64,000 bases of DNA from the IMG/VR virus record IMGVR_UViG_3300028832_000116, positions 1 through 64,000 of that record. One strand, given 5' to 3'. The translations under genes and the position numbers were made by a program. The notes under the pieces were generated by a model. The model had not been told where the DNA came from. It saw nothing but the letters and a program-made list of their open reading frames with translations, and searched no databases. The DNA is from a virus (lineage: Duplodnaviria > Caudoviricetes). Positions 18,641 through 29,200 of the stretch are shown piece after piece (the first letter of the stretch is position 1; each line of letters starts with the position of its first letter).

Positions 18641-18670
18641 AATGATAGGAAAGGAGGTTAAAATGAACAC

Positions 18671-21600
18671 GTGGATTTTTACAAAATTGAGGAACGTCCA
18701 ACACGAAAAAATGATCATTTTGAGGTCTATCCAGAGTTTATTATCAAGCGTTCAAAAGATCTAATGATTCGAGGCGGAGATTTTTACGTTGTATTTGATA
18801 AAGAAACTGGACTTTGGACAAGTGACAAGATAATTATTCAGGAAGCAATTGATTCTGATATTGAGAAGACAGTAAATGAATTACGGTCACAAGCAAGAGC
18901 TAATGGTGAACCATATAGATACACTCCAAAATATATGGGAACATTTAGCAGTAATCAATGGACTAAATTTGAACAGTATGTAAAGTCACTTCCTGATAAT
19001 GCAAAAGTACTTGATCAAAAAGTTACATTCAAAAATCCAGAATCTGATCCGAGTAAAATTCAGCCGTATAAGAAAACAGATTATGTTTCGAAAGTTCTTC
19101 CATATTCGTTATCGGAAGAACCATGCGAAGCGTGGGATCATTTACTTGATGTTTTGTATGAACCGGAAGAACGAGAAAAGATCGAATGGGCTATTGGCGC
19201 TATATTGTCCGGAGAAGCAAGCAAGATTCAGAAGTTCTTAGTATTTTATGGACCACAAGGAAGTGGTAAGAGTACAATATTAAATTTGGTTATGAAATTG
19301 CTTGATGGATATTATGCGACATTTAAAGCTGAGAATCTTGTTTCGAGCGGAGATCAGTTTGGTTGTAAATTTCTTTCGACGAATCCACTTGTTGCCATCG
19401 ATGAAGATACAAATTTAAGTCGAATTGAGACAAATGCTACAATTAATAAAATTGCTAGTCATGAAGAGCTTGAAGTGAATGAAAAATATAAAGCTCAGTA
19501 TGTGATCAAGCCGATGTGCATGATGATGCTTGGTACAAATAAGCCGGTTAGGATTACAGACGCTAAGAGCGGAATTATTCGAAGGCTTATTGATATTGAG
19601 CCAAGCGGAAGAAAAATTAAACCGATACGAAAATACGAAGAACTGATCGCGACGATATCCAGTCAGCTTGGTTCTGTAGCTCATCATTGTATGCAAGTTT
19701 ATAATGATCCAAAACGAGGAATGCATTATTATGATGACTATGTTCCAGAACGGATGATGTATCGAACTGATGCATTTTTCAATTTTATGGAAGAGAACAT
19801 CGAGGAGTTTAATGATCCTGAAGGTATAAGCGCTGGTCGTTTGTGGGATAAATGGAAAGATTATTGTGAAACAAGCGGAATAGAATTTAAGCGTAAACGA
19901 TATGAAATTGTTGATGAAGCTAAGAATTATTTTAAAGAGTTTAACAAAAATCCCACAGGAAAACACGGCGATCAGAGAAGAAGCGTTTTTAAAGGATTAA
20001 TACTTGAAAAGTTTACTCCAAATGAGAATCGAAAGAAGTCTAATGAGTCTACTTCTGAACTTTCTGAAAAGTTAGATGATATTTTTACACAAGATAGTAA
20101 AGAAGTTCTGAAGAGTGATAAGAAAGGATATTCTTATAAGTGGATTCATTTAGATAAAACTGAATCAATATTTGACAAGGAATTTGCAGAATGTCCAGCT
20201 CAATATGAAACGGGTGATCGAGATCATCCATTGAAATATAAGTGGGCAAATTGTAAGACTAAATTGAAGGATCTTGAAACATCTAATACACATTGGGTTA
20301 AAGGTCCTGGCAATTTGATATTTATGGATTTTGACAAGCATGGTCCTGATGGAGAAAAAAGTCTGGAGCTAAATTTGAAAGCCGCTGCAGAAATTGCTTT
20401 GCCAAAAACATATGTTGAATTGTCAAATAGTGGCGGAGGCATTCATTCATATTTCTATTATCATGGTAATGTTAAGGATCTTAGTAATATGTTTGGTCCA
20501 GAGATAGAGATCAAATCATTTCCGGATGATACAAATCTTTCGATTCGACGTAGAGTATCTTTTTGTAATGATCTTCCAATAGCTCATATTTCAAGCGGAC
20601 TGCCTTTTAAAGAGGAAAAGAAAACTATGGTTAATTGGGATGGAATTAAAGATGAACAGCATTTACGAAACACGATTAACAAAGCAATTAACAAAGAAAT
20701 TCGTCCGTTTGATCAAGAGCCAAAGACCGTAACATTGATAAAATATATAGATGGTGTTTTGAAGGATGCACAAACGAAAGGCATTAAGTATGATATTTCA
20801 GATCTTGAGAATTTGTTATATTCGTTTGCGGCAAGTAGCCATAATCATTCTTCAGAATGCATTAACATGTTTTACAGTTGGGATCTTATTTGGCCGAAGG
20901 AACGTAAAGATCCATCTAATGTAGAAAAGTATATTTCTGACTACAAGGAAGATGCCCCGATCATTATTTTAGACTGCGAAGTTACGAACAATCTTATATT
21001 AATCGTATACAAAGAGCTTGAGCCTGATGGAAAGGCAGCTATTTTGAAGAATTCTAATGATAGGCAGAAGAAGTGTGTACGGTTATATAATCCGAAGCCA
21101 AGTGAGGTTGAAAAGTTATTTGATATGCGCATAGTAGGTCATAATGTTGTTAATTATGATAATAAGATTTTGTATGCGTTATATCTTGGTTATAGTCCTC
21201 ACCAAATTTGTGAATTGAGTAGTCGCATTATTAATAATGATCAAAGTGTAAAGATGTATGAGTCTAAGAATATTTCTTACACAGATACTTTAGACGTTTC
21301 TAGTGAAAAGAAAGGTTTAAAGAAGATTGAGATCGAGATGCATATTCCGCATAAAGAGATGGAAATTGAATGGGGTGCTGATATTCCAGAGAGTGATTGG
21401 GAACGACTTGCGCAATATTGTGAGAATGATGTTCTGGCAACAGAAGCATATTTCTTGAGTAAGAAGTGGCAAGTGGATTTTAAAGCTCGAAAGATTTTAG
21501 CAGCATTAACCGGAATGACTGTGAATGATTCTACGAACAATTTGGTTGCACAGTTGATATTTGGCGATGTTCGTGAACCTTGGCATGAATTTAACTATCC

Positions 21601-23101
21601 TGATTTAAAGAAAGAATTTCCCAAGTATCGGTTCGAGAATCATAAAAGTTATTATGGTGACGAGCTTATTGGTGAAGGTGGTCGTGTTTATGCAGAACCT
21701 GGTGGATATTATGATGTCATAACATTTGATGTAGCCAGTATGCATCCGACTAGTATTATTGTTGAGAACGGTTTTGGTCCATATACGCAGGGTTATAAGG
21801 ATTTGTATGAGGCGAGAATTGCAATCAAGCACAAAGATTATGAGAAAGCACGTAAGTTATTTAATGGAAGGCTTGCTCCATATCTTGAGAACGATGAGGA
21901 TGCTGATGACCTGGCATATGCTCTGAAGATTGCATTAAATTCGACTTATGGTATGACTGCAGCATCGTTCCAAAATCGTTTTAAGGATCCCAGAAATGTG
22001 GATAACTGGGTTGCGAAGCGCGGAGCATTATTTATGGAGAAACTTCGACTTGAAGTGCAGAAGCGTGGAGGCCATGTAATTCATATTAAGACAGATTCAA
22101 TCAAATTAGTAAAGCCTAGCAAGGAACTTCAGGATTTTGTTATTCAGTTTGGTAAAGATCATGGTTATACTTTTGAGATTGAGAGTCGGTATGAACGTAT
22201 TTGTCTTGTAAATCACGCAGTTTATATTGCATTACGGGCAAAAGATGATGAGGATTGGTTAAAAGAATGTAAAAAGGCAAAGAAAGCAGCAGAAGAGCAT
22301 GAAACGCCATATTTTGAGCCAACAAGATGGACCGCTACAGGTGCTCAGTTTGCGCATCCGTTTGTATTTAAGCATTTATTTAGCCATGAGCCGATGGAGT
22401 TCTGGGATTTTTGTGAAACAAAGACTGTTAAAACGAGTTTATATTTAGATTTGAATGAGCAACTTAAAAATGTTGAGCAAGAGGAGAAAGAGAAGAAGAA
22501 AATAGAAACGAGAATCAGAAAGTTAAATAAGGATTTATTAAAAGAGGATATTTCTGATTTAGACAAGGAAAAGATCAAAGCAGAGCTTCAGGATCTCCCG
22601 AAAGATATTTCTGTACTTGATGAGATCATTGCCGAAGGTCATCACTATTTATTTGTTGGTAAGGCTGGCGAATTTATGCCGGTGAAGCCTGGGTGCGGCG
22701 GAGGTTTATTAGTACGGAAAGAGTCTGATGGAGGATTTGGTTTTGCAACAGGAGCTAAGGGATATCGGTGGTTGGAAAGTGAAACTCTTCAGAAATTTGA
22801 TAATTGGAGAGATTATATTGACATTCGATATTTCAGAGGACTTGTTGATGAAGCAGTTGAGACAGTTAGTAAGTATGTTGACTTTGAAATGTTTGTTAAA
22901 GGTGACGAAGGGGTCATATTACCGGAAGAACATATTTTAGATGATAACATAGACCCATGGATGCTTCCGTGTAAGACAGAGAAGTACGCATATTGTTCTG
23001 ATTGTCCTGATTTTACAAATGACGAACACGGTTATTCCTGTAAACAGGGATATAAGATTACAAACACTATTTTAGGTGAAAGCAAGGAGATTTTAGTATG
23101 A
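18671..23101 (+). CDS. fused SF3 (D5-like) helicase / primase-polymerase / family B DNA polymerase with 3'-5' exonuclease
   Basis: GPQGSGKS and VAIDED; FMDFD...ELSNSGGGIH; ILDCE, GHNVVNYD, YCENDV; FDVASMHP, KIALNSTYG, IKTDS. Confidence 0.9.
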   Translation: MDFYKIEERPTRKNDHFEVYPEFIIKRSKDLMIRGGDFYVVFDKETGLWTSDKIIIQEAIDSDIEKTVNELRSQARANGEPYRYTPKYMGTFSSNQWTKFEQYVKSLPDNAKVLDQKVTFKNPESDPSKIQPYKKTDYVSKVLPYSLSEEPCEAWDHLLDVLYEPEEREKIEWAIGAILSGEASKIQKFLVFYGPQGSGKSTILNLVMKLLDGYYATFKAENLVSSGDQFGCKFLSTNPLVAIDEDTNLSRIETNATINKIASHEELEVNEKYKAQYVIKPMCMMMLGTNKPVRITDAKSGIIRRLIDIEPSGRKIKPIRKYEELIATISSQLGSVAHHCMQVYNDPKRGMHYYDDYVPERMMYRTDAFFNFMEENIEEFNDPEGISAGRLWDKWKDYCETSGIEFKRKRYEIVDEAKNYFKEFNKNPTGKHGDQRRSVFKGLILEKFTPNENRKKSNESTSELSEKLDDIFTQDSKEVLKSDKKGYSYKWIHLDKTESIFDKEFAECPAQYETGDRDHPLKYKWANCKTKLKDLETSNTHWVKGPGNLIFMDFDKHGPDGEKSLELNLKAAAEIALPKTYVELSNSGGGIHSYFYYHGNVKDLSNMFGPEIEIKSFPDDTNLSIRRRVSFCNDLPIAHISSGLPFKEEKKTMVNWDGIKDEQHLRNTINKAINKEIRPFDQEPKTVTLIKYIDGVLKDAQTKGIKYDISDLENLLYSFAASSHNHSSECINMFYSWDLIWPKERKDPSNVEKYISDYKEDAPIIILDCEVTNNLILIVYKELEPDGKAAILKNSNDRQKKCVRLYNPKPSEVEKLFDMRIVGHNVVNYDNKILYALYLGYSPHQICELSSRIINNDQSVKMYESKNISYTDTLDVSSEKKGLKKIEIEMHIPHKEMEIEWGADIPESDWERLAQYCENDVLATEAYFLSKKWQVDFKARKILAALTGMTVNDSTNNLVAQLIFGDVREPWHEFNYPDLKKEFPKYRFENHKSYYGDELIGEGGRVYAEPGGYYDVITFDVASMHPTSIIVENGFGPYTQGYKDLYEARIAIKHKDYEKARKLFNGRLAPYLENDEDADDLAYALKIALNSTYGMTAASFQNRFKDPRNVDNWVAKRGALFMEKLRLEVQKRGGHVIHIKTDSIKLVKPSKELQDFVIQFGKDHGYTFEIESRYERICLVNHAVYIALRAKDDEDWLKECKKAKKAAEEHETPYFEPTRWTATGAQFAHPFVFKHLFSHEPMEFWDFCETKTVKTSLYLDLNEQLKNVEQEEKEKKKIETRIRKLNKDLLKEDISDLDKEKIKAELQDLPKDISVLDEIIAEGHHYLFVGKAGEFMPVKPGCGGGLLVRKESDGGFGFATGAKGYRWLESETLQKFDNWRDYIDIRYFRGLVDEAVETVSKYVDFEMFVKGDEGVILPEEHILDDNIDPWMLPCKTEKYAYCSDCPDFTNDEHGYSCKQGYKITNTILGESKEILV

Positions 23102-23706
23102 ATTACGTAGATACCATTAAGTATGTCAATGAGAATAGCAAATTTGAGCTTTTAGTTAATGGGAATTTAAATGTTGAGCAGGCCGGTATGATTTATAAGA
23201 ATTTTACAGGTAAGCCGACAAAAGTAAATCCTGCTGGTGGTAAGCGGACGTTTAGTCTTGTTTTAACAAAAGATTATGCAGAACGTCTGAATGATGCTGG
23301 TTGGAATATTAAGGTGAAAGAAGTTCGGGATCAGCTTGCTGAAGGTGAATTCACCAGAACTGTAAGTTGGGCCGATTATATTGATAATTTTCAGAACGAG
23401 TTTGATCATGCTCTTATTTACACGGAGATCGTTGTAAATGAGAATAGTGAGTATCCGCCTCGTATTTATAAGATTAGTGAATTTAATGGCGAAAAGACGA
23501 TGGCACTCGTTCCTCCGGAACAATGGCACAGACTTGATGAGAGTGAACTGATGAATGTAGATATTGTTATTCATCCGTATACTCATGGGCGTAGTGTAAT
23601 GAATCCGGATGCTAAGAAAGGATATTTGAAGTCCATGTATGCGGTTGCTGTTCCGGTGAATGATTTTGGTGGAAAGTACGCTGGTTATGCGATTGCAGGA
23701 GAATGA
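23098..23706 (+). CDS. phage single-stranded DNA-binding protein
   Basis: YKNFTGKPTKVNPAGGKRTFSLVL...KGYLKSMY; follows polymerase. Confidence 0.6.
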   Translation: MNYVDTIKYVNENSKFELLVNGNLNVEQAGMIYKNFTGKPTKVNPAGGKRTFSLVLTKDYAERLNDAGWNIKVKEVRDQLAEGEFTRTVSWADYIDNFQNEFDHALIYTEIVVNENSEYPPRIYKISEFNGEKTMALVPPEQWHRLDESELMNVDIVIHPYTHGRSVMNPDAKKGYLKSMYAVAVPVNDFGGKYAGYAIAGE

Positions 23707-23723
23707 TATTTAGTCGGATGTGA

Positions 23724-24935
23724 ATGCCGATGAGTAAAATTGAGTTATTTAGTTATCAAAGGGATGCTGTAAACCGATTGCGAAGCGGAAGTATATTATG
23801 CGCTGATGTTGGAATTGGTAAGAGCATTACAGCCCTCGCATATTTCGTTGAACGGGAGTGCGGGGGCTCCCTTACTCCTGAGAAAAATCTTCGTCCTGGT
23901 TGCATGAAAAAAGTTGATCTTTATATTATTACGACTGCGAAGAAGAGAGATGAACGGGAGTGGCATAAAGAGGCTGCTCGATTTGCTATTTTTGAAGATG
24001 GTAAAGGTATCGGAATTAAGATGGTCGTTGATAGTTGGAATAATATTTCTAAGTATTCCGATGTTAAGAATGCCTTCTTTATTTTTGATGAGCAGCGAGT
24101 TGTTGGAAGTGGTAAGTGGGTTAAAGCATTTTTGAAGATTGCTAAGTTTAATCATTGGATTTTATTAACGGCAACGCCGGGTGATACTTGGATTGAGTAT
24201 TGCCCGGTTTTTATTGCTAATGGATTTTTCTCTTCGAGAAGCGATTTTACAAATCATCATGCGATTTGGAAGCGATGGAGCAAATATCCTGTAATTCAGG
24301 GATATTACAATGAAGGACCATTGCTTAAGTATCGTAATCAGGTTCTTGTTCATATGGTTAAGAAAAAGGAGACTCACCAGCATCACGAGACCATATATTT
24401 ACCGTATGACATGGAGAAAAGTCGTGCGGTTATTAAGAACCGATGGAATCCATATACTAATGAACCAATTGATGACGCTGGCGAACTTTGTCGTGTTTTA
24501 CGAAAAATAACGAATGAGGATCCAAGTCGCTTTGAAAAAGTTTGTCAGTTGCTTGACGCAAATCCTAAGATCATAATTTTTTATAATTTTGATTATGAAC
24601 TTGAGACACTTAGAAAGCTCCCAACAAAAATAGCAGAGTGGAATGGTCATAAACATGAGAAACTTCCGAATGGCGCGAGTTGGGCATATTTAGTTCAGTA
24701 TAGTGCCGGCGCGGAAGGATGGAATTGTATTACTACTGATACAATTATTTTCTATTCACAAAGTTATAGTTATAAACTGATGACCCAGGCTGCAGGAAGA
24801 ATTGATAGGATTAATACTCCATTTTCAGATCTCTATTATTTTCACCTTAGCAGCAGATCAAAAATTGACACAGCGATTACAAGAGCTTTGAACAGAAAGA
24901 GGAATTTTAATGAAAAGGATTTTGCAGGCTTTTAA
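23724..24935 (+). CDS. SF2 (SNF2-like) helicase
   Basis: VGIGKS, FIFDEQ, LTATPG, QAAGRIDR. Confidence 0.9.
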   Translation: MPMSKIELFSYQRDAVNRLRSGSILCADVGIGKSITALAYFVERECGGSLTPEKNLRPGCMKKVDLYIITTAKKRDEREWHKEAARFAIFEDGKGIGIKMVVDSWNNISKYSDVKNAFFIFDEQRVVGSGKWVKAFLKIAKFNHWILLTATPGDTWIEYCPVFIANGFFSSRSDFTNHHAIWKRWSKYPVIQGYYNEGPLLKYRNQVLVHMVKKKETHQHHETIYLPYDMEKSRAVIKNRWNPYTNEPIDDAGELCRVLRKITNEDPSRFEKVCQLLDANPKIIIFYNFDYELETLRKLPTKIAEWNGHKHEKLPNGASWAYLVQYSAGAEGWNCITTDTIIFYSQSYSYKLMTQAAGRIDRINTPFSDLYYFHLSSRSKIDTAITRALNRKRNFNEKDFAGF

Positions 24936-25197
24936 GCGCTTATTTTCTAAGAGTGACAAAGTTGATCGAAAGAAGGTTTATATCTGCGATCCTTCAAAAG
25001 CAGTTGGATGTTCAAAGGATGGTTGTTGGAAAATTTACAAAGGGCCTTGTAAATGCACTTGTAATAAGAAGTATGCGATGCGTGATGAAGATGGAAAGGT
25101 TATTTTAGCTACTGATGATGATTTGTGTAATTTTGAGTGGCTAGAAACTAGCATTTTCAATGCTTTTGAAAAATCGCAAAAAAAACAAGGCCTATAA
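24910..25197 (+). CDS. Cys-rich hypothetical protein
   Basis: YICDP...CSKDGC...CKCTC. Confidence 0.6.
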   Translation: MKRILQAFKRLFSKSDKVDRKKVYICDPSKAVGCSKDGCWKIYKGPCKCTCNKKYAMRDEDGKVILATDDDLCNFEWLETSIFNAFEKSQKKQGL

Positions 25198-25202
25198 TAG
25201 AG
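25174..25202 (+). promoter_or_regulatory. Early-type promoter motif, copy 7
   Basis: TCGCAAAAAAAACAAGGCCTATAATAGAG. Confidence 0.75.
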
Positions 25203-25301
25203 GAGAAGGACAAGATGTGAAAATTTTGTCTCGCAAAGGATGTTTTTTTTGTGCCGGTGTGACATCGCATACACGGCCTAGTCATACTTTTTTTCTCCTC
25301 T
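25199..25301 (+). ncRNA. candidate structured small RNA
   Basis: closing stem AGAGGAGAA/TTCTCCTCT enclosing two hairpins; no credible ORF. Confidence 0.55.
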
Positions 25302-25353
25302 TTAATAATGTCCATAATTTTTATGGAATAAGAAGATTAAAAGGGGCCTTGAG

Positions 25354-25710
25354 ATGAAAAATGAGAATCAATTTCAGGCAGAGCTTATTAGGGAAATCCG
25401 TAGTGAACTCCCGGCCTGCATAGTTATTAAAAACGATGGTTCTAATATTCCTCAGGGTTTCCCTGATCTTCTTATTTTGTATAAAAAGCGTTGGGGTGCA
25501 CTCGAATGCAAACGAGATTCTGCATATTTGAACGATCCAAGTAAGCTTGAACCGAATCAACGATATTATGTGAATCTCTTGAACGCTATGTCATTCGCGA
25601 GGTTCATCAGTCCTGAGAATAAGGAAGAGGTACTGAATGAACTTTATTCATCACTCGGATTTAATCGGCCAGCACGCATTTCTAGGCGCAAGCAAGTACC
25701 ATTGGATTAA
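25354..25710 (+). CDS. VRR-NUC / Holliday-junction-resolvase-like nuclease
   Basis: ENQFQ...GFPDLLIL...LECK...PNQ. Confidence 0.8.
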   Translation: MKNENQFQAELIREIRSELPACIVIKNDGSNIPQGFPDLLILYKKRWGALECKRDSAYLNDPSKLEPNQRYYVNLLNAMSFARFISPENKEEVLNELYSSLGFNRPARISRRKQVPLD

Positions 25711-26197
25711 TTACGATGAAGAAAAATTGGTACAAGCATATTTGAGCAGCCTTGCTGTTCAGCGTGGAACGGAACTGCATGATTTTGCTTGCCAGTGTAT
25801 TAAACTAAAAATAGATCTACCTCCAGTTAACAAAACACTTAATATGTATGTTAATGATGCATTGCATTTTCGTCTTACTCCCGAACAACCTTTATATTAC
25901 TCACGCAATTGTTTTGGAACTGCTGATGCTATTTCCTACGATGAGCGAAAGAGATTTCTGCGGATTCATGATTTAAAGACAGGAGTCTCCCCTACTCATA
26001 TGGAGCAGCTCCAAATCTACGCTGCCTTATTTTGCCTGGAATACCACATGAAACCTGATCAATTCGATTGCGAGTTACGGATTTATCAGAACGATGCAAT
26101 TCAGATTTGTATACCCGATGGTAACGATATTGCTAGAATCATGGATACGATCATTCGCTTTGACGATAAGATCGAAAAAATGAAGATGGAGGAATAG
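25637..26197 (+). CDS. PD-(D/E)XK Cas4-like exonuclease
   Basis: GTELH, EQPL, GTADAI, IHDLKTG, QLQIY. Confidence 0.8.
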   Translation: MNFIHHSDLIGQHAFLGASKYHWINYDEEKLVQAYLSSLAVQRGTELHDFACQCIKLKIDLPPVNKTLNMYVNDALHFRLTPEQPLYYSRNCFGTADAISYDERKRFLRIHDLKTGVSPTHMEQLQIYAALFCLEYHMKPDQFDCELRIYQNDAIQICIPDGNDIARIMDTIIRFDDKIEKMKMEE

Positions 26198-26200
26198 CCC

Positions 26201-29200
26201 ATGAAACGCCAGGTAAAACCCAACCAGAAGGAACAAAAGGTACTGCAAACCGATATTCCAACTGAGGAATCAGAAGTCGTTGGCGAGAAAAAGCAACGTA
26301 AGAAAGAGTTATATCATTATGGAACGCCTAGACATTCTGGAAGATATCCTTGGGGTTCTGGTGAGAATCCTTATCAAGGCGACATGGATTTTAAGGCGCA
26401 TGTCGCGAGTCTGAAACAAAGAGGATGGAGTCAAAAGGAAATTGCCAAGAGCATGAAGATGAATACTTCTCAACTTCGTGCGAAGATTGATATTGCCAGT
26501 GAGAATATTTCTAGGGGCCGCGATTCTATGATTTTTAAACTTCGCGACAAAGGTTATTCGAAGATGGCAATTTCAAGGCAACTTCAAATTCCAGAGAGTA
26601 CTGTTCGAAATGTTTTAAAAAATGTTGATAAGATCAAGACAAATTCTACTAGGAATGTTGCCGAGGATTTAAAGAAAGCTGTTGGCGAACAGAAATATGT
26701 GGATGTTGGGCATGGATGCGAAGTTCAAATGGGTAATATTTCTAAAGATAAACTTCGCCATGCAGTTGCTTTAATGCTTGAAGAAGGATATGAAATTCAG
26801 TATCATGAGCAACCTCAGATGGGTACTGGCAAATCTACAATGATGAAGATATTAGTACCAAGGGGAACGCCTTGGGCTGAGGTTGAGAAGGCTAGAAAAA
26901 ATGCTGAGATTGATTATCCTGGTTTTCATTATGAGCATGGCGACTATGATAATCCTCATAAACTTGAAACCCCTGTTGCGGTTAATGAGAAACGTGTTAA
27001 GATTATTTATCCTAAAGATGGCGGTGATAAGAAGGATGGTCTTATTGAGATCAGACCTGGCTGCGAGGATTTAAATCTTGGGCGCAATTCATATGCTCAG
27101 GTTCGTATAGCCGTAGGCGAAGGTAATGGAACTCATTTTGCTAAAGGGGTTGCTGTTTATGGTGATCCAAAAGATTTTCCTAAAGGTGTAGATATTCTGG
27201 TTAACACGAGTAAGCCAAACGATTATCCAATGATGGGTTCAAAAGATAAAACGGTATTAAAACCGATGAAAAAAGATCCCATTACTAATAATCCATTTGG
27301 TGCTAGTATTAATCAGGATGATGAAGGAGAATCAAAGCATCCCCTTCGTTATTTCCAAGCACATTACACAGGTAAGGATGGTCAGACGCATTTATCCGCA
27401 TTGAATATTGTTAATGAGCAAGGCACTTGGGATGATTGGAATAGAAATTTGTCAAGTCAATTTTTGGCGAAGCAAACAGTTCCTCTTGCTAAGCGTCAGT
27501 TATCTTTAGATGCTCGTATGCGTAATGATGAATTCGAAGAGCTTAAGACAATAAATAATCCAGTAGTTCGTAAGAATTTATTAGAAAGCTTTGCGGATAA
27601 TTGTGATTCCGCTGCTGTACATTTAAAGGCGGCTGCTTTACCTAGGCAGGCAATGCAGTTGCTTATTCCATTTACTAATATTAAAGAGGATGAGATTTAT
27701 GCACCAAATTTTCATGATGGAGAAAAGGTTTGCCTAATTCGATTTCCTCATACAGGACGTTTTGAAATTCCTGAATTGACTGTTAACAATCGTTTTCCTG
27801 ATGGTCAACGGGTTATTGGTGGTAATGATCCAACTGTAAAGCGTGATGCTGTTGGTATAAATCCTAAGGTTGCGCAGCAGTTATCTGGCGCGGATTTTGA
27901 TGGCGATACTGTTTTGGTTATTCCAAACGATAAAGGTTATGTGAGAACTCATGGGCCTTTAGAGCAGCTTGATGGATTTGCTGAAGAGATGCATGAACGT
28001 TATAAACGTCCTGCTGATTCTCCATATCAACAGATGACTCCGCATGAGAAGGGCATGCAGATGGGTTTGGTATCAAATCTTATTACTGACATGACTTTAA
28101 AAGGTGCTACAAAACCTGAGTTGGCTAGAGCAGTTAAACATTCCATGGTTATTATTGATGCCGAGAAGCATGATTTGGATTGGCGACAATCGGCTGAAGA
28201 TAATAATATTCGGCAATTATATATTAAGTATCAAGGGCGATCTCAAGGAGGAGCATCGACACTTATTTCTAAAGCCTCAAGTGAGAAAGATATTCCATAT
28301 CGTAAACCCGGCGAGACCCGAGTCGATCCAGAAACAGGAAAGACCCGGGTTTTTTATACGGATCCAAAAACCGGAGCTAAATTATGGACTACCCCTAAGC
28401 CTGGGGAAAAAGGATATAAAGAAGTTGCTAAACGTGTTTTAAAAGAAGTTAAGGACCCCATTACTGGGAAGACTCTTATTGACGAAAAGACTAAACAAAA
28501 AATAAAGGAACCTGTGCTTGACGAGAACGGAAAGATTATTTATAAAAAGGTTCCAAAAATGATAAAGAGTCAGTGGATGTATGAAGAATCTGACGCTATG
28601 AATTTATCTTCTGGTACCCAAATGGAAAATATTTATGGAGAATATGCGAACGAGATGAAATCTTTAGCAAATAAAGCTCGTCTTGAAGCTTCTCATATTC
28701 GTCCACAAAAGCAAGATATTACAGCCAAGCAAGTTTATTTTAAGGAAATTAAAGAACTTGATGCTGCTTTAGCTTTGGCTAAAGAAAATGCTCCTCGTGA
28801 ACGTAAGGCGCAAATGCTTGCTAATAAGTTATTCCAAATGAAGAAAGAAGATAATCCCGAGCTTTCTTATGATAAAGATAAAATTAAGAAAGTTAAAGGG
28901 CAGTGTCTTGAAGAAGCACGATATCGTGTTGGAGCCAAAAAGACTCTTATTGATCCTACTGATCGTCAATGGGAAGCTATTCAGGCTGGCGCTATTTCTT
29001 CTAACAAGCTTGAAGAGATCATTAAGAATTGTGATACAGATAAGCTTAAGAAACGTGCAACTCCTCGTTCTCCTAAAGGTATTCCGCCTGCTAAGATTGC
29101 TACAGCCAAGCTTAGGTTGAATCGTGGTTATTCACCTGACGAAGTTGCTATGAGTCTTGGTGTTTCTATCTCTACTCTTTATCGTGCACTTGACCTTGAT

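Noticed and set aside
41-25202. CRISPR array from the repeated motif, with a Cas4-like gene
   Set aside because: Copies are degenerate, dispersed and at gene starts; the nuclease is a typical solo phage exonuclease
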